A program made the translations under genes and the position numbers. The notes under the pieces are model-generated. The model did not search any database and was not told the origin of the DNA. It was given only the letters and a program-made list of their open reading frames with translations. DNA of 63,477 bases, filler included, from Octopus bimaculoides (lineage: Eukaryota), in NCBI RefSeq assembly GCF_001194135.2. It is 5 parts of 5 records of this genome, joined end to end, with 100 filler letters (N's around TTAATTAATTAA, not from the genome) between each part and the next. Parts side by side here need not be neighbours in the genome. Positions count along the whole stretch, not along the records: positions 27,893 to 54,990 come from NC_068987.1; 4 more parts are not named here. The stretch is one strand, 5' to 3'. Positions 38,635-49,697 of the stretch are shown in pieces (within the stretch, counting starts at the first letter, position 1; every line of letters starts with the position of its first letter).

Positions 38635-40606
38635 TTTTATTATTACCTATAAAAGGCGTTCATCGAAACTGAATGACAAATACAAGACACACACACAATA
38701 TATAACGAGACATAACAGAATCGGGGAACTAAAATAATAAAATAGAGATTTAAGAAAAGAAGCAAAAATAAAAGAATCGAATGAATTATGAAAAGATGAT
38801 ACAATGAGGCGGAATGCCCACTCGAACCCCGAAGTCGGGTGGTTACATTTAGACAGTTTTTTTTCTCCTTTTTACCTCATTCTTTTTTCACCACACATAT
38901 TCACAATTTTCTTCTTAAAAGAGATAGTTCACATTTTTTCCCCATTTTTTTTTCTCNNNNNNNNNNGGAATGCCCACTCGAACCCCGAAGTCGGGTGGTT
39001 ACATTTAGACAGTTTTTTTTCTCCTTTTTACCTCATTCTTTTTTCACCACACATATTCACAATTTTCTTCTTAAAAGAGATAGTTCACATTTTTTCCCCA
39101 TTTTTTTTTCTCCCCAAAAAGTTCATTATAAATTAATTATCTTTTTCCTAAGATTATCCTTGTATAATCCACAACCGCGGCCTTCCATTAAAATACACTG
39201 GCCCGTCTATCCTTATGATAAATTCACTGCAATATATCCATAGATTGTCGCTCATTTCCTCATTCACCAATACACACCTTCTTCACCGAAACTCCCCTTA
39301 GGTAGCTTCATTCTAATTAAATTCTTCCACTCAAATATTCTCTTCTCTACCTCAATTGATTTCGTATAAAAAATCAAATTTCCTTTATGCTTGCTGGACT
39401 TCGCACCTTCTGGTCTCTTCTCTGGATTCTTTTCTACTTCGTGTGCATGTTCGTCCGCCTTCCCTGCTTCTGCTGTCGCTCTCTGCAACACTTCCCTTGA
39501 TCTCGCTTTCTTCCTTCTCTTGTGGCTGACGAACCCATCACTCTCCTCTTTTGTCGCTTTCGTTTTTTTCCGCTACCTCTTTCTTTTCTTGCTCGCGGCT
39601 CTTATTTTTTCTCTTTTCTATTTCTGCATCCATCCTTCCTTCCGTCTCCATTTCTCCTATCCCCTCTTTCTCACTCTGCATCGGATCAGGCTGCTTATTT
39701 TTATACAGGTGGCACTTCAATTTCATGTGCCCCCTTTCACCACAGATGTTGCAATTGGGTCTGCAACCCTCTACTATTACATTCAGGGAATTTTCCCCTT
39801 CAGTCTCTACTTGGTAGGGAAGCCTCTCTATATCTTCAAATGTGGCGAATAGCCACAACTCCATTCCGCTTCCCCATCAATTCAGCATATCCGTCCTCCA
39901 ACATCTCTGAACTCCGGCTTATTCTCGGTGGCTGCTTTAATGGTTGCTACCAACCGCTCTGTCTTAATCTCAAGCAGCACCCTAGGAATCCTGACCCGGA
40001 CGATTCGCCTTTCATTATATGTGGGCAACAGCGCCACCTTGTCCGTCCTCAGACTACCTATGGAGTGTGAGGCCGCCTCTTCTTCGGTCGCAAACCTCAC
40101 CTCCACCGTTCCATACCTCCTTCCTCTGCTTACAAATGTCGCTTCTTGTATGATATTCCCTAGGCTCTCTTCCACGTCTTCTTCCGATATTTTCTCAATT
40201 TTATTTGTGACGACCGCTTGCGTGCGGTACACCACTGTTTTTTCCCCTTTTCTCTTCCATTGACTCTTGTGGGGGGGACCAGCTTGATTGCTCCTTCCTC
40301 CTTCTTCACCAAACACAAAATTTTCGTTAATTCATCTTTATCTAAGTGTACCCTCCTGGCTTTCAACTGTGTAGCTGCCTTTGCCACAGCAGCTTTCGCG
40401 TAGCTTTCCATAATGCTACGCTCTTCCTCACGGCCAATGGGGAGAAAAAGAATAAAACCAACAGCAACAATTAACAACAACACGCGCGAGACGCTTCAAT
40501 AATAAAATAAACAGTAAAATTGTTAACAACAACTCTCACAATCTCACAAAAAAATCACACTGAAAATCACCAGTTGTTTGACGCGGGCTTTTCGCTGCTA
40601 CTCGCC
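38635..40606 (-). mobile_element. ORF1-only Tx1-related element E2 (HAL1/half-LINE-like), decayed
   Basis: TG-rich 5'UTR, then ORF1 pieces MESYAKAAVAK..., KTVVYRT...SRGRRYGTVEVRF..., IVEGCRPNCNICGERGHMKLKC (CCHC), an extra C-terminal segment, a ~500-bp 3'UTR and an A-rich tail (AATAATAAAA). No APE or RT sequence is visible. Confidence 0.7.
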
Positions 40607-40703
40607 AGCAGTTTCAGCTGCTTTATGTCCTTTTTTGAAGTTGAGTAGAAAAATCGCATGAATATCGCGCTTTAACAGTTCCACTTCAGATGATTGTAAC
40701 ATA
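40607..40703 (-). mobile_element. Mariner transposase N-terminus (5' piece of the mariner split by E2+E1)
   Basis: Translates (GTG)ELLKRDIHAIFLLNFKKGHKAAETA, matching the mariner N-terminal HTH pattern (..R.I.L..FK.GH.AAETA). Confidence 0.7.
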
Positions 40704-42370
40704 TTTCTTTATTTAAACAGTCCGCCTCTTACACAGAGGGGACAGCACAAGGACAGACAGGACACTACGGTGGAGACAAAAACATAAAACGAATGAAAAA
40801 ATGTATAATGAAATCGGTGACAATGAAATGGCTGCATTGAGCCCCACTTCTCAAGCAGAACCATTTAACTGTTTGTTTATACAAGTTATGAAAGTTTTCT
40901 TTTTTCATTAATTTTGCATCTTTTTTATCCGGTTTTTTTTAAAGTCTATTTCCTCTTATTTTTCCCTTTTTCTTTTCCACCTTTGTTAATAAGTCTATTT
41001 CTTTTTTTCCTTCCTCTTTTAAAATACTCCTTTATTACCATTCGTTAGAGGTATTAACTCCTCATATGTAACTACTTTTGGTAGTTCCTCAAATTCAATT
41101 TCTTCCCTCAAAGGGTTCACTTCATCTCCAGATAGTTCTTTCAACTTTTTATACCTTTCCTTGTCAATCACCACTCCCTTTATGTGTTCCGGGTAACGTT
41201 CAGTTGGTAATTTAATTCTTATGGCACCTTTGAATTTCGTAATTTTCCGCTCTATGGCGGTACTTTTCACGTATGTTGCTACATGCCATTTTGTCTTATA
41301 AGTATTTACTTGTTTACGCTCCAGACCTGGACTGTCCGGGCTATTCGTTTTCCTTGGTTCCTCCGTCTGTACATACCCACAATCGTCCACGATTATATCT
41401 TACACTCTATGCTGCAATACTTCTGCTGGTATATCTGACCAGTTACTCTCTACCTCCTGTATTTTCTCCTCTACTTCCTTCTTTCGTTTTTGGTTCTGTC
41501 GGAGAGCTCACCACCTCTCTTTTCTTTCGCTTATTTACAACAATAAACGTCTCCTCTTTATTTTCCTTTATTTCCGACCCCTCTTCTTCGGCAGGCTGCT
41601 CTTTGCGTTGTTGTTCCTCTACTTCACTTCCCTACTGGGGGAACTTTGCTTTCATATGTCCTTTTTGTTTACATAGAAAACATGTTGGAGATCTTCCCTC
41701 CACCAGCACTATTAGCGTAATGTCTTCTGGTAGAAGAATCTCTTCTACAATTCCATGTAGGTCTTTTAACCCAACTTAAATTCTCATTTCTAGGCCCTAG
41801 CCCCAACAATTAACTTCCTTCGTTCTGGTTATCTTCAGAATCCTTGCATTTTCTTCCATTCTGTGCATGACTGCTGCCACCAGCCATGCCTCTTCGATCT
41901 CGGGGGACACTCTGCCTACTCTCGCTCTGGCAACACGTTTGCCACAGTACATCGGTTGCAGCACCCACTCTTGTGTCCTTATTGGCCCAGTGGAGTGGTT
42001 AATAGCGTCCTCCTCACTGGAGAACCTAACCTCCACTGTTCCATATTTTATTCCTTGTGTATAGTAGGTGGTTAATCCTCTCACTTCAACTAGATATTCC
42101 TCTATTGCCTCTATTGGAGAAATTTCTATTTTCTTGGTAGCGGTTGATAACGTCCTGTACATAACCGTCTTCATTGCTACATTCTTCGTCACTTCTGCTG
42201 GGATCAGCTTTAAACTGGCCCCTTCTTTTTGTAACAATTTGTTTCCTTTTTTCCATTCCTTTGTCTCTATTTTCATCTCGCGAACTTCAAGGGTGTTGGT
42301 CGTAATGCCTTTTGTGGTTGTGGATGCATAACTTGCGGCACGTTCCATTTCTCCGCTTTTCACAGGGTCA
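40704..42370 (-). mobile_element. ORF1-only Tx1-related element E3 (HAL1/half-LINE-like), decayed; 5' end not defined
   Basis: MERAASYAS...KEGASLKLIP...KTVMYRT...YGTVEVRF...WLVAAV...VLVEGRSPTCFLCKQKGHMKAKF (knuckle with last C changed to F). ORF 41019-41390 follows, then a 3'UTR ending AAATAAAGAAA. No ORF2. Confidence 0.7.
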
Positions 42371-42734
42371 TAAAAAGGCAGGCAGATCTATCTAAAGAAA
42401 GGGCTATAAGATTATGCTGGAGGTAATATAATTTTTTCTCTGTGAGGGCTTTTAAATTAGTCTATCTTCAAATATTAATATCTGAAACTTCCATACATAG
42501 TTACATTGAAAAATCACACGGAAAGTTGTTGTTAATTCCCTCAGTTTAGTCTTTCTTTACTAATTATGAATCGCTTTGGTATTATTTATCAGCGTGTTGT
42601 AGAGAACAAATATATATTTTTTTTCAGTGTTCATTTTCACATGTTCTTTATTCAACTACTATAAAATGTATATATTATGGTTCTGATTAAATAAACAGAT
42701 GACACATTAATTTACAAAGAATATTAAATAATTC

Positions 42735-42935
42735 TTTCTAATTTAGGTGCAAGGCCAGCAATTTTGAAGGGAAGAAGCAAACCGGTTACATCGATCCAGT
42801 ACTTTATTGGTATTAAATTTTATTGATACCGGGAGAATGAAAGGCAAAGTTGGCTTCGGCCGTATTTCAGCTCAGAACGTAAAGGGTTGGAAGAAATTGT
42901 CCAACGTGCTAAGGATTCTGCTAGTTCGCCGCCTT
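42735..42935 (-). mobile_element. SINE family A copy
   Basis: GCAAGGCCAGCAATTTTG...GAAAGGCAAAGTTG...CTCAGAACGTAAAG...GTTCGCCGCC. Confidence 0.7.
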
Positions 42936-43035
42936 AAGAACACGAAATAATTATACAAATTATACATAGATTATAGTTTGTATAATTTAATGTACAAAAT
43001 ATAATAGATCTGTACACTAGATATTTTATATATTG

Positions 43036-43357
43036 TGAAGGCGTGTGGCTTAGTGGTTAGGGTATTCGACTCACGATTGTTAGGTCATGAGTTCAATTCT
43101 CGGCGACGCGTTGTGTCCTTGAGCAAGACATTTTATTTCACGTTGCTCCAGTACACTCAGCTGGCAAAAATGAGTAGTACCTGCATTTCAAAGGGCCAGC
43201 CTTGTTATAATCTGTGTCATGCTGAATCTCCTTGAGAACTGCGTTAAAAGTACACGTGTCTGTGGAGTGCTCAGCCGCATGCACGTTAATTTAACGAGCA
43301 GGCTGTTCCGTTTATCGGATCAACTGGAACCCTTGTCGTCGTAACCGACGGAATGCT
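43036..43357 (+). mobile_element. SINE family D (tRNA head, CORE-like TGTGTCCTTGAGCAAGACA block, 3' half shared with family C)
   Basis: GAAGGCGTGTGGCTTAGTGGTTAGGG...GAGTTCAATTCTCGG...GTCGTCGTAACCGACGG. Confidence 0.75.
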
Positions 43358-43806
43358 AGTCATTTTATATATTATGAACAATGGCAATCCTACCCGTGAC
43401 CCGCAATCTCTCTCCAGCGAAGACCACCTTAAGTTGAAAAGAACAAAATATACCACTACAAACTATAAAAGGTTCGTATGCAAACCACATCCACAGATCA
43501 CCTAAACAATTAAATAAAGATGCTAAAAAGGACAAACTGTAAGAATACCAGGAGCATAACTGTTACGGAAACAAGTTTGAGCTCCTACAATCGCTGTACC
43601 TACATGGAAAGGCCATCTCCAAATAACCAGACACATTTGTACAACACTTACAACTACAACTCTCATGATAAAAATAATACTAACAATAGCAACGACAGCA
43701 ACATGAAGAATTATAAACCGCAAAGAAACTAGTTTCTCGATTACAAATATAAGAGTGAAAATGTAAGAAGATAAATAACATTGTTTCCTTCAAATTTTGG
43801 AACCAC

Positions 43807-43840
43807 TGTGTGTATATGTGTATGTGTGTATGTATCTCTC

Positions 43841-43917
<77 letters not shown>

Positions 43918-44175
43918 CATATCTATATACATATATATATACATATATACATATATATACATATATATATATATATAAACATATATATATATATACATGT
44001 ATATACATACATATACATATATATANNNNNNNNNNNNNNNNNNNNNNNNNNNNNNNNNNNNNNNNNNNNNNNNNNNNNNNNNNNNNNNNNNNNNNNNNNN
44101 NNNNNNNNNNNNNNNNNNNNNNNNNNNNNNNNNNNNNNNNNNNNNNNNNNNNNNNNNNNNNNNNNNNNNNNNNNN

Positions 44176-44216
<41 letters not shown>

Positions 44217-44520
44217 GAAAATAAGAAAGAAAGATAGATAGATAGATATACATGTACATACACACACACATGCAAACATACAAACAAACCTACATATACA
44301 TATATGTATATATGTGTGTTTGTTTATGGAAACAGAGGCAGTATTCGAAAGAGAGAGAGGGGAGAGGAAGAGAGAGAGAGAGGGAGAGATAGAGAGAGAG
44401 GGAGAGATAGAGAGAGAGAGAGGGACAGAGAGAGATGGACAGAGTGAGATGGACAGAGAGAGATGGACAGAGAGAGATGGACAGAGAGAGATGGACAGAG
44501 AGAGATGTAGAGAGAGAACA
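43807..44520. repeat. Compound microsatellite/minisatellite block: (TC)n, (TG)n, (TA/CA)n, GA-rich AGAGAGATGGAC repeats
   Basis: Directly visible. It is representative of many other (AT)n, (AC)n, (AG)n and (AAT)n tracts, e.g. 1007-1039, 11765-11820, 23520-23610, 29372-29437, 45430-45508, 49397-49484, 55091-55153, 55380-55448 and 63415-63477. Confidence 0.95.
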
Positions 44521-45448
44521 GGACTAAACACTAAATGTCTGCAAGACTTTCCAGACAATCAACAAAAATTTTCTCTCACAATAGAATTTCTTTGGAATAG
44601 TAAATCAGCAGGAAGTGAAGTCCAACAAAAGACATGANNNNNNNNNNNNNNNNNNNNNNNNNNNNNNNNNNNNNNNNNNNNNNNNNNNNNNNNNNNNNNN
44701 NNNNNNNNNNNNNNNNNNNNNNNNNNNNNNNNNNNNNNNNNNNNNNNNNNNNNNNNNNNNNNNNNNNNNNNNNNNNNNNNNNNNNNNNNNNNNNNNNNNN
44801 NNNNNNNNNNNNNNNNNNNNNNNNNNNNNNNNNNNNNNNNNNNNNNNNNNNNNNNNNNNNNNNNNNNNNNNNNNNNNNNNNNNNNNNNNNNNNNNNNNNN
44901 NNNNNNNNNNNNNNNNNNNNNNNNNNNNNNNNNNNNNNNNNNNNNNNNNNNNNNNNNNNNNNNNNNNNNNNNNNNNNNNNNNNNNNNNNNNNNNNNNNNN
45001 NNNNNNNNNNNNNNNNNNNNNNNNNNNNNNNNNNNNNNNNNNNNNNNNNNNNNNNNNNNNNNNNNNNNNNNNNNNNNNNNNNNNNNNNNNNNNNNNNNNN
45101 NNNNNNNNNNNNNNNNNNNNNNNNNNNNNNNNNNNNNNNNNNNNNNNNNNNNNNNNNNNNNNNNNNNNNNNNNNNNNNNNNNNNNNNNNNNNNNNNNNNN
45201 NNNNNNNNNNNNNNNNNNNNNNNNNNNNNNNNNNNNNNNNNNNNNNNNNNNNNNNNNNNNNNNNNNNNATATATATATATACATATGTTTGTATGTGCAT
45301 GTGTGTTCAACCGTGTGTTTACCATATATATATATATATATATACATATGTCTGTATGTGCGTGTGTTTACCAAGAAAGAGCTTAGATCTCAATCGTGTC
45401 TTGAAACAAATAACAAAAAATATATAGATAATGATAATAATAATAATG

Positions 45449-45509
<61 letters not shown>

Positions 45510-46149
45510 CAGCAGCAACAATAAAAGTAACTTCTATATTCTTGCTACAAATTACGAATATTGTGTAGATTTACAGAATGGTATATGAGAAAAACAGCTA
45601 CGAAAAACAACAGCACAAACACAAAAGGAAGGAAAACGCATCGTACTATGGCGACAACACCCTAGCTGACATTTAGCTCGAATGCAATCTATCTTCACCT
45701 GACTACGTTCCCAGCCCTTTTGATGCATACTATTTGGAGGTGCAATATTTTGAGTTATATCAGAGCTACACCGAATTTCCAGCCCCATTAATACTAATGA
45801 TTTACTAGATTTACCGTTTTCTCGAACCAGAAGCAGTCTTTTTCCTCAAAATACACATGAACGTCATGAAATGCTGGAAACATAAATTAGATAAATTTAT
45901 TAATTCATTTAAGTAATTAAATGAAATATAAGATAGTTGTACATTAGTATAAATGACAGACGTTTATTAACACAAAGTACTATACTGTGAAATACAATGT
46001 ATTGTGTTAGGTACTGTACTATGCAAGATACTCAAATGTATTAGGTACTCTATTGTAAAAAGCTCAATACTGTACAAGGTGCTGTACTATGCAGGGCGTT
46101 GTACAGTTCAAGGTAGCCGGATCAGTGAAACAAGATTAATTAAAGAATA

Positions 46150-46830
46150 TTATTAAACAAAATTAAGCATAAATTTATTTGTTACTGCAATTATAAGAAA
46201 TACTGCAGTACCACTGCTCACAAATTGGCAAATTTTCAAACTTTACTAGAACTGTATGCCTTAAGAAGATATGAATGTATAACATTATCAAAATTATTGC
46301 CCGTTTTGTCAATCTACACCCATATTTCACCAAATATACTGGCAGACAGAATTTCCCTCTCCGCTATTATCTTTGTCTCCAAGTACAACTGCAAGAACTT
46401 AACGAAAGATTTGCCGATAAAAAGGATGTTTCTCCGCAATCCTTTCAATCGTGCCTACCATTTTAATTTCAACGTAGCCTTCATATGGAGGAAAACTACC
46501 TCCTCTTTCCGACCAAAGGAAAGTGATAGGGTGATCTTACCAAAGGACACAGCTGGTGTACCTTCTCCCCATTGCAACACTGCTAAGCCAGAAATGTCTG
46601 AAATTTGTCTACAGACCTCGAGTTTAGAATCCCCTACAAGTAAGACGACCTAAGTTTTTTCTCGTCGACATCCGGAATCTCCCGGTTCTTAACACTTGAC
46701 CGACACTTCATAAAATCCAAAATCCACTAGTTAAGGTCCAACCATCAGTTTTACTAGACTTGTAAAGGGCTGTAAACACCTGACATTTCAAGCTTCGGGC
46801 CATTAATCTTGGTCTTCGATTGACTCATAA
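46150..46830 (-). mobile_element. Divergent Tx1 ORF2 C-terminal fragment
   Basis: FGRKEEVVFLHMKATLKLKW*ARLKGLRRNILFIGKSFVKFLQLYLETKIIAEREILSASIFGEIWV aligns with E1 CFLVVVTIARAVIWKSRMKG...HLKRKVRLERRCLSAS. The plus-strand ORF 46225-46653 is its antisense frame. Confidence 0.55.
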
Positions 46831-47759
46831 TTCCAGCTCCATCAAAGAAACAAGCTGTAGTAAAATGTGCTTAATAACTGCAACCATACAGTTACCAAGT
46901 ACGTTTTCATGTTCGTTGTTGTTGTTGTTGTTGACAAAATCTTCTGAATTGTTGAAACTGACATTTATAATTGCTAAAGTTTCAGAGTATAAAGCGGGAA
47001 TTTTGCGATGAAATTAAATTTTCTCCTTATATTTTATTTATTCATTTATTCATGTGTAGTCTATTTGTAGTAATTTTCATTTAATCAGTGAGACGATCTG
47101 TGATGGTAGGTCATCTTGAATTGGTTGTAAGTACACTGGAAATTAAAATTATATCCCCCACCAAAATAATAATAACAAACCTTCCATCTCTCTCCATGTT
47201 TCTTGAACTTTTCAACTAAAAATTATGCAAAAAGATTAACCAGCAACACACCAAGCAGCGTTGATTAAAATATAGATATGTAGGAAAGAAATTCTCCTTA
47301 TAGACAAATCCAATGATGTCCTTCATGGTGTTTTGTTCATATATATTGTCTATAACGAGAATTTCTCCCCCGAATTAATTTCAGCTGTAAAAGCTTTTCT
47401 ATGTCTGAAGGCACACGAAAATGTTAACTATAATTACATATATATAGCCAAAAAAGTAATATTTTCTATTCAGTTGAGCTTAGTAAAAAAGATCTACAAA
47501 ATTATCGGATCAAATTGATACCTCTACTCACGACTACATTGGCTCAGTGCTCGAACTGATAACTAAAAGGTTGAAGGATATTGGAACTGAGACTCGCATT
47601 GTCGACCTAAATATAACTACCAGTCTGTATTCTGCCAGAATCCTAAGAAAGATTCTTGTGATATAAGGAGACGTCGTCACCGCACCTCAAAACAAAATTC
47701 CTGCTAACTTAATCAGCATGAAATAGCTTTAAAATAACGGTTTAAAATTATGTCTCACG

Positions 47760-47920
47760 GCCAGAAGTTTTTGAGAAGAGAGCGAAGCCGATTACATCGA
47801 CTTGACTGGTACTTAAGTTGATCTCAGTGGGATTTGAACTCAGAACGTAAAGACGAACGAAATGCCGCTAGGCATTTTATGTTCGGCGTTCAAACGGTCT
47901 CGCCAGCTCGTTGCCTTTAT
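47760..47920 (-). mobile_element. SINE family A copy (deleted)
   Basis: GGATTTGAACTCAGAACGTAAAGACG..CGAAATGCCGCTA...CCAGCTCG. Confidence 0.7.
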
Positions 47921-47949
47921 AGATTTTAAATAATAATTTATAATTAATA

Positions 47950-47996
<47 letters not shown>

Positions 47997-47999
<3 letters not shown>

Positions 48000-48455
48000 A
48001 AACAATACAAGTAATAACTGGAGCATTGGGTATGATAAAAAAAACATATGAACAAAAATATAGAAGCTATACCGGGATCTTCAACACTATATGTTATCCA
48101 AAAAATAGCCCTACTAGGAACAGCCAACATCCTACGCAAGACACTATTAATTCAATAACACAACCGAAACAAAACAATCCACAAACACAAAACTCTCTAT
48201 ATAAGGCAAATATCCAGTGAAATAAACTTCCATCAGCAATCCGGATACCCAACGCATTACACACACAACACAAAATACAAGTACTAATACAACAAAAGAC
48301 TGCACCTTACATCAAAACAGAAACTAATGCAATACAATACCGGGAAGAGTTTGCACAATCTCAACAAAAAAAGAAGACACAATGTTATACCCCGGCAACA
48401 GGGTGGTGTAGTAGGTGATGCAACAGAAATTTGCTTAAAACTACCAAATGTTGAA
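47997..48455 (+). mobile_element. 5'-truncated R4/Dong-like LINE embedded in (TAA)n
   Basis: KTIQVITGALGMIKK...YVIQKIALLGTANILRKTL is the RLE C-terminal end. The element is flanked on both sides by (TAA)n, the known Dong-type target. Confidence 0.75.
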
Positions 48456-48576
48456 CAATAATAATAATGATAATAATAGTAATAATAATAATAATAATAA
48501 CAACAACAACAACAACAACAATAATAATAATAATAATAATAATAACAATAATAATAATTATTATTATTATTATTAA

Positions 48577-48624
<48 letters not shown>

Positions 48625-48631
<7 letters not shown>

Positions 48632-48830
48632 AATTTTCGGCACAAGACCAGCAAGTTCGGAGAAGGGGATAAGTCGATCACATTCGACTCCAGTGTTCAA
48701 ATGGTACCTACTTTATCGACCCCGAAAGGATGTTAGAGATGTTAGTCGATTACGTCAACTCCAAAAAAAGGTAAAAGTTGACCTGAAGCGGTATTTGAGT
48801 GCAGAACATAATGAGTCGAGAAAAATAATA
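48625..48830 (-). mobile_element. SINE family A copy with (ATT)n tail abutting the Dong tail
   Basis: TTTCAAATTTTCGGCACAAGACCAGC...TGGTACCTACTTTATCGACCCCGAAAGGATG. Confidence 0.65.
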
Positions 48831-49022
48831 CAAATTATTTTGCCCAACACTCTGATAACAACAACGGTTTTTTTTTCTTTTTTTTACCTTTTCTTTTGCC
48901 ATCAGAACCCTTTTGAACATTTAACAACACTTATGTACAAGGAGCTGCCAAGTTGTGTAGATATTCACATACAAAGTTATATATAAAGGAGAGCTGGGAA
49001 AGAACATTATAAAATATTTTAA

Positions 49023-49395
49023 AGGTGACCGGTAAATTCCACCACGGAAAATTCTACCAGGTAAATCCCACTATTATTATTATTATCATTATTATCATTA
49101 TCATTATTATTATTATTGTTGTTGTTGTTGTATTATATGGGTTACGATATTATGGAAATAAATAAAGAATGCATAAAATGTAATATCAATAATGTGAATG
49201 AATACAAAAAATATTACGAGGGAGAAAAAATAATTAAAGAACAATCATACGAAGAAATACACGGTGAATACGGTGTGCACTAAAATTTAATCTTTTGTTT
49301 CTTTATCCTAAATTACATTGCTCGATGGAAGAACATTAAGGTGACCCCATCTCAATTCAAGTAGATAGTATAGATTATTTTCTATCTTACCTTCA

Positions 49396-49487
<92 letters not shown>

Positions 49488-49697
49488 ACTTGAGAGAGAT
49501 TACATAACATAGGTATTAACCTACGGTCTAGAGAAACTGACCACGGTGATTATTAGCAGGTGCAGCTTACATTGGAAGTCTGTCCATGGGTGGAATGTAC
49601 CATGGTGGAATATACCGTGGTGGAATTTACCTATGGTGAAATTTACCTGGTGGAAGTTTTCATAGAGGAATTTACCGCGGTGGAATTTACATAGAAC
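49023..49697. mobile_element. Foldback-like element with modular inverted ends built from ~15-bp repeats (GGTAAATTCCACC)
   Basis: About 3 units on + at 49029-49070 and about 7 units in reverse orientation at 49588-49693. The interior contains (ATT)n and (CT)n. Confidence 0.5.

Noticed and set aside
38811-39112. Exact 146-bp direct repeat in the E2 3'UTR
   Set aside because: Identical copies flanking a 10-N gap; assembly overlap artefact.
45975-46120. Degenerate ~35-40-bp repeats (AGGTACTGTACTATGCA) as a CRISPR-like array
   Set aside because: Only about 3 poorly conserved units, spacers are related to each other, no cas genes, and the context is eukaryotic. It is a decayed minisatellite.
46225-46653. 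142-aa plus-strand ORF, and an LVGDS (SGNH-like) word on the minus strand
   Set aside because: The ORF is the antisense frame of a decayed Tx1 C-terminus; no other SGNH blocks follow the GDS word.
48455-48625. (AAT)n switching to (ATT)n, forming a large microsatellite palindrome (similar at 23520-23610)
   Set aside because: At 48.5 kb it is explained by tail-to-tail abutment of a + strand LINE and a - strand SINE. No independent function is implied.
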